Positions 41,964-62,860 of a stretch of 64,000 nt of DNA are shown here, piece by piece. The number at the start of each line of letters is the position of its first letter. Positions within the stretch are counted from its first letter, which is position 1. The DNA lies in contig NW_027271205.1 of the NCBI RefSeq assembly GCF_040938485.1, positions 62,001 through 126,000 of the forward strand. Direction: 5' to 3'. The stretch comes from Diadema antillarum. Lineage: Eukaryota. The notes under the pieces were generated by a model. The model was not told the DNA's origin, made no database searches, and saw nothing but the letters and a program-made list of their open reading frames with translations. A program made the translations under genes and the position numbers.

Positions 41964-44218
41964 TTACATAAGGGGATGGAAAATAACGGATATAGTGGAC
42001 TGTATCGTGGAATGTTCGTTACTAATGATATGAAGAGGAAAAGGCCCTGTAAGACGGGAGTGCGAGAATTGATTGTAATACTCTAAGCACTTCTGCGTGC
42101 AGTATTCGTATTATTTTGTGTAATTATTCTGGCGAGTGGATTTTTATCTACGAACTTCAACATTCAATAATTAAGAAACAAAATGATGTTCGCAGTAATC
42201 ATCAATGCCACTGCTATTGTGGAAAGAGGCAATGATTCTTTTATATATTTATAATCAAAACATCGAGTTATTTCGTCTTCACTGAAAACACACAAGAAAT
42301 GTGCCCAATGGTGAACATAGAGTGAACGAAACAAAGCGGGGTAGAATTGAGTCAGATCGCGCCGGGGAAGAGAATACTTGTGTATCAGGCAGAGGACTGT
42401 TGGTTGGCTACCGAGATTTTTGCTGTAGCAAAAAGAAGAAACAAGACAATACAAACAAACAAAGATGCTCAAAACTGTTTGACCAATAATGTCCAAGTAG
42501 AGTAAAATGGAGTTTCATTTTCGCTTTAGAATGTGTGTCCTATAGCTATCAGCAGTAGGCCTTTACATGAGGAGAATAGACAGAAGGAGGGGAGGAGGAG
42601 AAGGAGGAAGAAAAGGAGGAGAAAATGACAACGAAGAGAACAAGAACAAAAATGACAAGATGGCAGAAGAGGAGGACAGGGAGATAAATCATAACAAAAG
42701 AAACGAGGGAAGTTTGTAAGATTGAAAAACAAAACAGACGCAGCGGAGTAATTACAAGAAAATAGGAGAAAAAGAAAAGAGTCATAAAAAAACTGAATAA
42801 AGCTAAAGGCAACAATCAAATCAAGCACTACATAACCCCATGGAAAACGAAAAACAGGGACAGATTAGTTCCAAAAACTCTCCATCCACGCTTAAACTTC
42901 AACCAACGCACACATTCTGATGTAGTTATACAACACATACACCATCATTCATCAACATTATCAACAGTAAAGCAGTGTCTGTTTTCTCGACCACGTACAT
43001 TTTTTTTTCTCTTGCTATACAGTACTGTAACCAGTTAACAACGAAAGTAAATTGGACGCATGCACAAGCTGTAAACTTCCTCGGACGCGAACTACCTGTG
43101 GTAATCTCGTGATGCGCTACATGTATTACGTACCCACCGGATTCGCGGCAATAGAGCGGAAGAAAACAGGGGTAATGTAACTCCCCGGAGGTGGAAATGC
43201 CCTTCATTACCTTTGTTTCTAGAATGAAAGATTTCGGTCAGTCAACCGTGGGTAGGTCCCCTTCCACTTTTTGTTTGTGTTTGTGCTTTGGTGTGTTTTG
43301 TTTATAATTCGAAAGTTAGGCTTTACAGGAGGAAAAAAAAACCACACGCACATACAAAAAAAAAAAGGGGGGGGGGAGATCGGAGTTCTGATATTACAGC
43401 TGAACCGGAAATATGAGTATCATGGAGTAACAGTACGTGAGCTCAAAGGGATTGTTTTACCTTTCAAAGAATTACGGAGTCCCAAGGTATGACCGGGCTC
43501 TTGTACTCTCAGTTTGTTCATAAACACAGATGAGGGAAAAAGATGAGAGGAAAGAAATTAAGTTTTCTAGGAAAGGAGAGACGAAAGAAAATAAGAGACA
43601 GAAAGAGGGAAGTAACCCACCGTCTCTTTCTACCTCTCTTCCATTCTCTCTCTCTCTCTACTATCNNNNNNNNNNNNNNNNNNNNNNNNNNNNNNNNNNN
43701 NNNNNNNNNNNNNNNNNNNNNNNNNNNNNNNNNNNNNNNNNNNNNNNNNNNNNNNNNNNNNNNNNNNNNNNNNNNNNNNNNNNNNNNNNNNNNNNNNNNN
43801 NNNNNNNNCCCTAGAAAAAAAAATATACAATCGGATTTTCACACTGATAACTTTTAATATGATTAAACTGTCTAACACTACTTCCGGGTTTTAAAATATA
43901 ACATCTTAGCTATATTTTGCAGAAAACCTCATTCAATTTGGTTAAGTGGTCACAGAGAAATGCGAATTGTTGTAAAGCATGTCATGGGTCTGATTCTTCC
44001 AAGTTTATCACTTGGATGCTCTTAGAATTGCATAATGTGTGAACACGATGGACAGAACTTGGAGGGAAGGGATTCCCGACATGCTCTACAAAACTCCTCA
44101 TCTCTCTTTGACCACCGAAGAAAATCGGATGGGGTTTTCTGTAAGATGTAGGTAATAAATTAGTTTCACATCCTGAAATTGTATTTGGATTGATTCACTG
44201 TGTTTAAAGTTATCATTA

Positions 44219-44247
44219 TCATATATCTATATATATATATATCAATT

Positions 44248-44289
<42 letters not shown>

Positions 44290-44291
44290 CA

Positions 44292-44331
<40 letters not shown>
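44219..44331. repeat. (TA)n microsatellite, interrupted
   Basis: Visible directly in the sequence. Confidence 0.9.
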
Positions 44332-44332
<1 letters not shown>

Positions 44333-44449
44333 GAATGGAAATAATGAAGTTACATCATTCCAAGGATGTATTGTTGTAAGTTATGTTCCTCCAGGTTACC
44401 ATAAAGCTTGGCCCCACCTTCCTTGACTACCGGCATCATCAAAGCACTA

Positions 44450-44830
44450 AAATGGGATGCCCAATATGGTATGTACAACCAAATTTCGCTTTCGACGGGA
44501 GATCTCCCGCCGAAAGCCCATTTTTGCAAAATCTCCCGTTCTCCCGCTTGAGATTTAATTTCTCCCGCCCTAGCTCTGTGTCTCCCGCTTGAAATGATCT
44601 TTACTCAATGTCATCGTATGTTGAAAAATAAGCCTTAGATAGCACGAGAGAGCATCTAGAACCCTAGAGCTTCCAGGGCCCTTAAACGGGCCCTGGACCC
44701 CGGCCGCAAGGAATTTTGCGCTCGTGATGTGCGCTTTGCGCACATCAAATTGGAGGCTACCGTTTCCTAGGGGTTTCAGGCGGGAGAATCTCCAGATCAG
44801 AAGGTGCTTGGGGTTGGAGTCTCTGAAACT
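44450..44830. repeat. Unclassified interspersed repeat fragment
   Basis: Abrupt GC-rich block with recurring CTCCCG/CGGGAG motifs and a GGGCCCTTAAACGGGCCC palindrome-like core, in an AT-rich context. Boundaries approximate. Confidence 0.4.
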
Positions 44831-44968
44831 TTCAATTACTAAGTCCTCCCTAGGTAAAATGTCCACAATTTGAATATACATGCAACACAGTATCTACCAA
44901 TAAGAATACAAGTGTTTTCCATGAGAATAGACCTATACAGCGAAAAAAATGAAAATGCATGGCATCAC

Positions 44969-44974
44969 TTTATT
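44969..44974 (-). terminator. Candidate POLR2E polyadenylation signal (AATAAA)
   Basis: First canonical AATAAA on the minus strand that I found downstream of the stop at 46520; followed by a T-rich tract. Implies a 3' UTR of about 1.55 kb. Confidence 0.45.
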
Positions 44975-45726
44975 GACAAAGAAGAACGTACTTGACACAG
45001 TAATGGCATAAGGACAAGAGGAATCCCTGTTCGGTGTCCTTTCAATACAAGCACACATATCAAGTACAAAGAACAATGTAAGATGTACGGTTCGAGAATT
45101 TGGCTTAATCCCACAACACAATGTTCACAGCTGTAGCCTCTATTTTCTCAGCATTCTGATCTTATCTCAAACTTCATTAGAGTCCTTAAAATGTCCAAAA
45201 ATCATTTGTGTAACAGAAGTCAGATTTGGCATTCCATTTCTGTATGTTTTTTTTTTCATTTCACTATGAAGAACACTAGGTAATCATATTCAATCTGTTA
45301 CTCTGACAAATGCAGCACACCAATTAAAAAACACAACATTATACAGTGGAAACACTTCAAGTTTACATGTAGGTCTGTTACTGCTCACAGTAAAACAAAT
45401 CTCTCTGGCTTGAATAGTGACATAAGAGTACATCTACACTGATGTAGTCCAGGGACATGTTCACTGGTAAATTTGTGTGAAACATGAGAACATTTATGAA
45501 AAAAATCTTTACCTCTCACAGACAAATGAATGCTACTTGCTTTACAAAATCTTGTTACAAATGAAACATAATGACAAAATTCATAAAGGTAGCTTGGCTG
45601 ATAATGTGATATACACAAATCGAGAGTTAAAAAGTCACACATTGTGCCATGTTGACATGAATACAAATATTTTTTTCTCTCCGATACAATGTACTGTCAA
45701 GTGAATTGTAGGCCCATCGTGATATA

Positions 45727-45932
45727 CTGTAAAAGTGGAAATTTTCACAGTGTTTAAATTTTTGCGCATTTCACACGACCAGAAACTAGTGCAAAAATAA
45801 AAGCACAAAAATGTTTGCATGCCATATGTTCCAGTAGTAAATGTCCTGATTTTGCGGAATTAAAAACACTCAAGAGTCATCTTACCTGGCAGAGCGCAAA
45901 TATTACTCACACTACAATATCCACTTTTACAG
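45727..45932. mobile_element. Tc1/mariner-like MITE, 206 bp
   Basis: TA flanks at 45725-45726 and 45933-45934; TIR CTGTAAAAGTGGAAATT / CTGTAAAAGTGGATATT (16/17). Confidence 0.7.
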
Positions 45933-46519
45933 TAAACAGCTATTGTGACAATCAGATTCTTTTATACCGGAAAGTATTCCTGACAGCCTAGACTAGCTGA
46001 ATTGAAACAAAGTTATCCAAACTTGCTGAAGGCCTTGAAGCATGAAAAGTAAAATACACACTCGAGACTTGCAGGATAACAACTGATCCATGAAAAAAAA
46101 AAAAAAATGTCAGTAGAGGTACTTTCAGTAAGCACTGTTGGTTTTTGAAAAGAAAAACAAACAAACTTGAATTGGTCTTGCAAACTCTTGAAGATCTGCT
46201 GTCTAATGGTTTTCTAAATCTGAACATTAATTAGGACACATGCCTGTGTGCTATCTAATCTGGAGAAGAACTGTGGATTTTGAAGGTTACGTTCACACAA
46301 ACTGAATCCAGAATATACATGTATCAGTTTTACATACATCTGGTGGAAGAAAAGGCGATCCTCATGTAAACCTGAAACTTACGCAGATTCATTAACATTC
46401 ACTTGTCTATTGATGCCATCATCAGTGTTCATTGGGAAAGTAGCTGTGCGAGAATGTACAATGTACAAAAGAAGAAGTATTTACAAGTTGGCAAATGTAC
46501 AAAGAGAACAAGGCCAGTG

Positions 46520-56064
<9,545 letters not shown>

Positions 56065-56293
56065 TGTTCCTGGAGAGTCCTTGTGCCGCCTCTATCTTTG
56101 TCGAAATATGACGTGTTCAATCTTCTCCACCAAACGTGGTCGTCTCACGTTGTCACACACACGAAAACGAATGCTGTAGATCGTACTCAGTACCTACTGT
56201 GTAGTTCATATAGTAAGTAACGTTACAAATCAAATGTACGTACATGTACGGCTGTCTGCGTGGAGAGCATTGAGGTATCAACATACAGATAAA
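56065..56293. promoter_or_regulatory. Shared bidirectional promoter and 5' UTRs of POLR2E and MED8
   Basis: Divergent ATGs at 56064 (-) and 56294 (+), 229 bp apart. Contains TGACGTG (56109-56115) and palindromes GTAACGTTAC (56217-56226) and ATGTACGTACAT (56234-56245). Confidence 0.8.
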
Positions 56294-57712
56294 ATGCAGG
56301 TATTGTAAAAGTTTTTATTTGTTCTACAATGTTTCAAACCGTGGATCGATTAGGCATGTTATTTGGCTTGGTAGGTGACAATCTTATGTCGCTATGTGTG
56401 AACGTTTATGTGAGTATTTCGAGGCGAGGTGAGGACCTGTGTGAACGTTAGTATTGACAGTAGTCCCACACACCGAAATCTTTGTGTCTGAATTTTTTAG
56501 TGTTGTAGCGTACGGACATTAGTTAGCGCGGTGTACAAATTCGTATAATCGCATCATCATGAGAACAACTACTAAATAAACTATAAACTTTACACATTTG
56601 TACCAAGCGGACTACAAAGAGAAAATCGGCAAATGAGGCTCAAATTTCGTATCGTCCGGTAAATCTTTTAAAGGTTTAACAATAACATGAACATTTTGAA
56701 CAATTAACGCGATAAATCAGTTCGGGAAACCCACTCACAAGGGGGGCCCCTCCTTATAAGTAACGTGGCGACTGAGTCGCCACGTCTGCACTCAAGCATT
56801 GCCGCGCCCCCGCGCCTGGCGACACTCACGCCAGTAATCGCTCGCATTTCAGCATTCGCATGGGTCGTTTGACATGGCATTTAAATCCATGATTTTAGAT
56901 ATGATGCCTCAAACCGATTTTGCTCAAATTTCGTGAGTAACTAGGAAACTTGTGAAGCTTTATGGACATAATCAAGCGAATTGCTGCAGTCCTTTCATTT
57001 TCGCGTTGCATTGCAAAAAAGCGTGGAGACTCCTTATAAGGGGTGCCCCGGGGGTTACTTATAAGGGGGACGGGGTTACTTATAAGGGGGACGGGTTACT
57101 TATAAGGAGGGGCCCCCCTTGTGAGTGGGTTTCCCGAACTGAAATTGATAAAATCTTGTAATAAATCAACATCTTCATTCTTCTTGTTCTAAATCTGAGG
57201 TAAAATGTGAATTTCTTTGCATTTCCACATTTTTGTGTCACATTTTTGACAATTTTGGCCTATCAGCCAAACATTAACAGCATCGACAGTACACTCTGTA
57301 AGACTAGTCTACGACGTCCCGCGCATATTGAATTATTTGAATATCATTGTTACACAGAGATGTGCATGTCCAGAATTACCATGCTGTCCAGTAATACCAT
57401 CCCTGTACATGGTACAGGGCTAGACTAGGGTCTACCAAGATTCTGTTGGTTAAGGTGATTAATTGATGGCAATATTTTATGTTGTAATTATCTTCCCATA
57501 AGCAGAATCAAGACAAGGTCTTGGATAACACATTGGAGTATGTTTCGAGTCGGGTCAATGACTTGAAGAAGGCACTCACTGACCTCCTGATGAAACTGGA
57601 ACATCATCATGAAACACTGAACTGGTAAAAATGATTTCCATAACTATGGCATGGTATTAAGACATGAAAAGGAAGACGAGTATAACAATAGGCAGGGCTG
57701 TACACTAACCCA

Positions 57713-57763
<51 letters not shown>

Positions 57764-59050
57764 AGCTGACCAGTCGGGCCAATAGATACCTAGTTTTTCC
57801 ATGTTTTACTGCCATATAGACCTCTACTGGTCCATTCCTGAAAAAGTTACTGGTCCCACGGTAATTTTTACTGGTCAGGGACTGTCAGACCAGTGCTTGC
57901 CTGCAGCGTTGCAATAGGAAAGACGAACGGTCATTCAAGTCGGCGAGACTTCCAGTTTCATTATGTTCCCTCCCCCTCCCCCCGATACCCCAGCCACCAC
58001 TTGCTAAACGTGCATGCATCCACATTCCTGCATGAGCTAACAATTGTATTGTAGTGTAGAGTGGTGTGGCAAAATTAATGGAGGGACTGTGTGAATTTTA
58101 CATGCCTATAATACAAGTCTTTCCATTTCATTATGTCTGTAACAATGCAAGCCATCAAGACTCAAAATTTCTTGCACACAGTGCCTGATAAATCAAATCA
58201 GTTGAAATTAAATAAAATTCATAAAAGGGTAGTGAATCAATGAAACAGTGAATGGCAGACAAACCACTTTCACTCCAAAGGGTCAAAGGTCAGTGTTTTA
58301 AGGAATCACAAAGATAATGTGCGTTTAATATCTAATCCATTTCTGAGGACCTGCTTCATGATATTTTGCAATTTTTGTACATAGATATGCCCGTTTATTG
58401 TCCGGCCTTTTGCTATCATTTCTTCTTTGAAGTACTTTTCCTGGTCAACAATTGTTTTTTTTTGTTTTGTTTTTTTATTCTCATGACTTGACATTGTGAT
58501 GTGAAGAATGTCTCTGGCTAAAAAGATGAAAGAAAGAGAGAAACAAAATCTAAATTTTTTTTGTTGTGTTTCTTTCAACAGGCCTTCAGTGCTCAATAGT
58601 TTTGCATTACTCTCAGGTAAGAACACTGTAATGTAACACATCTGTAATTGTTTCATTCATCTTCATATTTGTTTACTAGAGGAAAAATGATGATAAGGCA
58701 AACTTTATTCTCTCTTAGTCATCATGCTATTTCACCTTCTGAAATGATCTATTCTATCTTCTCTCTTTTTTTCAAAGGCTATAGTTATTTTTCTCAAATG
58801 ATATGATTTTTTAGCCAAAATAGGCTCAATTGCACATGGAAAAAAGACAACTCATACATGAAGTTGTTAATGTCATAGCATTTATCTTCCAAATGATCCT
58901 AGTTGTCTTATTATAATCTGAAAACTGAATGATAAAGGAGAAATTCCTGTACTACAACTGTAACTGCTATATCTGTGGGCAGTGTCTACAGAGAGTTTCC
59001 ATTGTTCTTCTGTGTAAAGAACTTTGAATGCTTATTTTGAGCTTATCCAG

Positions 59051-59125
<75 letters not shown>

Positions 59126-61353
59126 GGTGGGGGGGGGGGAGAAGGGGTGACATTTTAAGAAGTAGAAACTCTAATGGGGTGTTGCAAGAAAGTTGCAATC
59201 AATTGCAATCAATTGCTAATTTTGAAACAACCATTCTGATTGGCTCAAGGTCTGCCCTATTAAGAAGACATGCATGCAACAATTATTTTGATTGGCCAGT
59301 GACAATCAGTTGCAAGTTGCAGTTGATTGCAACTTTCTTGCAACACCCCATAAGATTAAATTCATTTCATCATTCATGTGGCGAACACAAGATAGGTTTA
59401 TTGCATTGTGGAGGATATTGAATATACTAAGCCAAACTCTACAGGAAACACAAACAAAATAAAATAGTTTTGTTATCTGTGATGTTCCAATTGAAATAAC
59501 AAATGAAAGATTTTTTAATGCCATATTCTGTTGTTGTGAGGATAACATTTTGCGAAGGGGACAGTAAGACGATTTGCAAGCAGTTGAAATCACATCGACA
59601 AAAGATGGGATTTATATAGGCATTACCATGGTATTCCTTTTTAGGGAGCACACTTATCAATTTTCCACATTGGAAACAATGTATGTTGCATTTTTGTTAC
59701 AAGTGGCAATATTAATCAGCATGCCGTTAATTGCACAAATATCAATGGACTTGCAAATTTCTAAAAAAATAAAACCGCCACATGATATATGGCATAAAGA
59801 GAACTTGAGCATTGCATGTGTTAGCTATATCCCTGTGATAAAAGTGTGCAATGTACTTTGTTTTGAAATGTGCAAACAAATGTAAAGTATTGCCAGATAC
59901 TAAATTGCACTGTCTTTTATTTCTCTTTTTGATTCTTCCCCCTTATCTTGTATAGGTCAGATCAACACATTGAATAAGCATCTCAAGAGCGACAAAACTC
60001 CATCTCTGAAGAATCTCATCCTCCTACCCCTCAAGTTGTCTCAAGACCGAGATGAAGAACTGGAGGTAGAAAATATCCACATACAGTAAAATAGCTGTAG
60101 ATTGATTGAGTGATTGATTGATTGATTGGTTGAGTGATTGATTGAGTGATTGATCGAGTGATTGATTGGTTGGTTGGTTGATTAACTCTTTATGTGCCAT
60201 GATGTAAACCCCCTGTGTGCCACATTATTCGAGATAGCAATGCAAGTCATGGTTTGGGAAAACCTTCTGCTTTTCAAATCTATGTAAACTTTTATAGATT
60301 TTTTGTTCCCCTCGGCATGTAGTGAGCAAAATTATAGAGATATAAAAGCCCACGCATTGCTTTGATGTAAATTGTATGAGAAAACTATGATTGTTTTTCT
60401 TTCAAATGACCAGAAGCTACATCATTGTGGAGGCTTGACTTTTGCATGCAAAACAGTGACAGAAACTTAGAATTTACTTTCAAATCCAGTAGGGCACACC
60501 GTTTGATAGTCATTCACCACGTAAAATACAAGGTACACGCTACAGGAATGGAATCACAGGAAACGCTTTCATTGTGCTTTGGCATTTGGCGATTTATTGA
60601 TCATTTTGGGCAGGTTTGTGGGTTTGAGCAGAATATGCGAAGTTGGCTCCCCGTCGACCTAGTTGGGCGTGCGAACATGGCACATAAAGAGTTAATAGGT
60701 ATAAGCTATATTTGCATAGGTGCGTGATTACATGAATGAGAAAATGATTATATGTTATTGAATAAGGATTTAAAAAAAATAATTGAATCATTAGTGTATG
60801 TTTCAGTTGATTTATTGAATGTCATTTTCAATGAAACTACCTCAATAATCTGCCAGTGAATTAGCAACCATAACCACTGCAGTCCCAGCATATCACAATT
60901 GTGAACAGAACAGAAAATGGAGCAAAGTACGAGTAGATTTTCTGGCTACTGGGGTATATGATAATTGCTTCCATTTGAATATTATGCAAAGTTTCATATA
61001 TTTAAATGTAACATTCATGTGAATAGGATCATATTCAAAAAGAAGTTTTAGAGGTGTACAAACGAAATGTCAATGTAGCATGCTTCTACCAAGTGAATAA
61101 GTAGCTTATAGAGTTCTTAATATGAAATTGTTCTCCAAAACTGTTGATATCCAAATCTCCACCACTTCAAATCTGATTCTTGATATTCATCTGTCCACGT
61201 AATGTTGAACAGAAAACCACAGAGGGGCGAGTACCATCCTTCAACCACGAGGTGGTCCCAAACTACCTCCGCACCAAAGCTGAGCCAGAGATCGAGGAAC
61301 GGGAGCAGACATTGTCCAAGGATGCGGGACCAATCTCACAGGAATTGGCAAAG
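56294..61353 (+). CDS. MED8: Mediator of RNA polymerase II transcription subunit 8, first five coding exons (3' partial)
   Basis: Exons (plus): 56294-56299 (ATG CAG), 57506-57624, 58582-58616, 59956-60065, 61213-61353; GT-AG introns, phases consistent. Protein: [137 protein letters not shown]. This matches human MED8 motifs ([40 protein letters not shown]). The next exon was not found before 64000. The 6-nt first exon is the least certain. Confidence 0.94.
56718..57141. mobile_element. Sola1-like MITE, 424 bp, in MED8 intron 1
   Basis: Perfect 47-bp TIR CAGTTCGGGAAACCCACTCACAAGGGGGGCCCCTCCTTATAAGTAAC. AAAT is duplicated at 56714-56717 and 57142-57145 (AWWT type). Subterminal TTATAAGGGG repeats. 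The superfamily is inferred from the target site duplication only. Confidence 0.7.
57715..57761. repeat. (TG)n microsatellite
   Basis: Visible directly in the sequence. Confidence 0.92.
59053..59139. repeat. (TA)n followed by poly-T and a G-rich run
   Basis: Visible directly in the sequence. Confidence 0.9.
59175..59350. mobile_element. PIF/Harbinger-like MITE, 176 bp, in MED8 intron 3
   Basis: TAA duplicated at 59172-59174 and 59351-59353; perfect 28-bp TIR TGGGGTGTTGCAAGAAAGTTGCAATCAA. Confidence 0.78.
60101..60183. repeat. (GATT)n-like degenerate microsatellite
   Basis: Visible directly; abuts the left end of the piggyBac-like MITE. Confidence 0.85.
60186..60691. mobile_element. piggyBac-like MITE, 506 bp, in MED8 intron 4
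   Basis: TTAA at 60182-60185 and 60692-60695; perfect 16-bp TIR CTCTTTATGTGCCATG. Confidence 0.75.
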
Positions 61354-62860
61354 GTAGATCTTCCTTTTATTTTATTAGATTTTTCTTAGCTTGTTCTTTC
61401 TTGTATTCATTAAAGGTACTGCATACCATTGGGAGAAGAGATTTAAACAATTTTCGAGTTATTACATTTTTTGCATATACACTGTATGTGTAGGTCAGTA
61501 CTATGACAAAACGTCCTACCATGTAAAGATTTTGCAATGAAGCTTAAAGTATAAGGAGATATCACTATTATTATGTTCACACTTTGATTATTTAACAGTA
61601 TGTAGTATTGATTATACTGATTAATATTTTTACATTGGCTTTTCTATCTCAAACTCATATCTTAGCACTATTTTGAAACACTAAAGCTGGGTTTTTGTTT
61701 CATCTGCAAATGGTAAGTAAGGCCTTTATTGATCACCTGAATTTGGAATTCATAAGTCTGAAACAAAGTAAAGTAGTCATGAATGCAATACCTAACTTAG
61801 ATTAATATCATAGGGTCATGTTTGATGATTTATTTTACTGGTATAAGTGTATGCTTTGTCTTCAAAGTCAACTGTCTCGAAGACAATTTTTATGATCTAT
61901 TCACATGAATTATTGCATTCTGTTCCTAACGACATTTGTGTAGAGAGAGTTTGATGTGGATTGTGTTTCTCCTGCCAAATGCAAACTTTAGTTTGCCTGA
62001 TTGCTTCTGTTGAAATGAATAATGTTCTAGATGGAAGAGAAATGCCTCAGTCACAAATTGTAAACACCAGTGTATTGATGGAGTTCCCAGGCTCCAGCTC
62101 CCAACTTAATTTTCTAACGGTTACACAATGAAAAAGTGTTTTTGATTGTATGTGTCTCCACACATGTACATACATAATATTGATATGAATGTGCGCACAG
62201 CGAGCTGTTTGCAAAATGTACGTAATGTTATGAATACATACTTCAAATCTCTTGTGCGGCTGTGGTATATTGATTCTCAACTTTGTGCTGCAGCTATATA
62301 CATGTATAATATGTTGTGATGGAAATAGAGTTAAAAGAGACGATACATACGTATACTGTCCTCCAGAGTAATTGTTCGTTTATTTCGTCTTCTTTCTGTC
62401 CGCATAATGAATTACGAGTAAATTCTGATGGAGGATACAAACAAGATGATTGGTTCCAAATCTTAGAATGTGTTTGCTGTTAGGATGCAATGGCTGAAGC
62501 ATAGAATATAGGGGTATTCACACCAAACCTGCGTAGAGGAGCATAGTGTTATGTACCAACTATGCCGAAATAGGCTGTGTACTCTTGACCTAAATTTTGA
62601 CGGGAGCAAGCTATAGCAAGAATGAGAAAAAGAAGTGCATGGGTAACTCCGTGGACCCAGCCTTGGAGGATTTTTTGTGTTGGACTGGCGTAGGAAAGTG
62701 TACTATTGCATAGGAATTTGTGTACAGTAGTGTAGTGTTACATACTGTTGCTCAGGTATGAGACATGCTGCAACATAGTGTTGTTTAGACGTGCGGATAA
62801 ACTGCATATTTTTGTGTCCTGTGGTCTATGCTGGAAGAACGCAAAAAAAAATTGAGCATG

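Noticed and set aside
42429-42496. Signal-peptide-like start of the 110-aa ORF 42164-42496
   Set aside because: Starts at TTG, and the hydrophobic residues come from a polypyrimidine tract.
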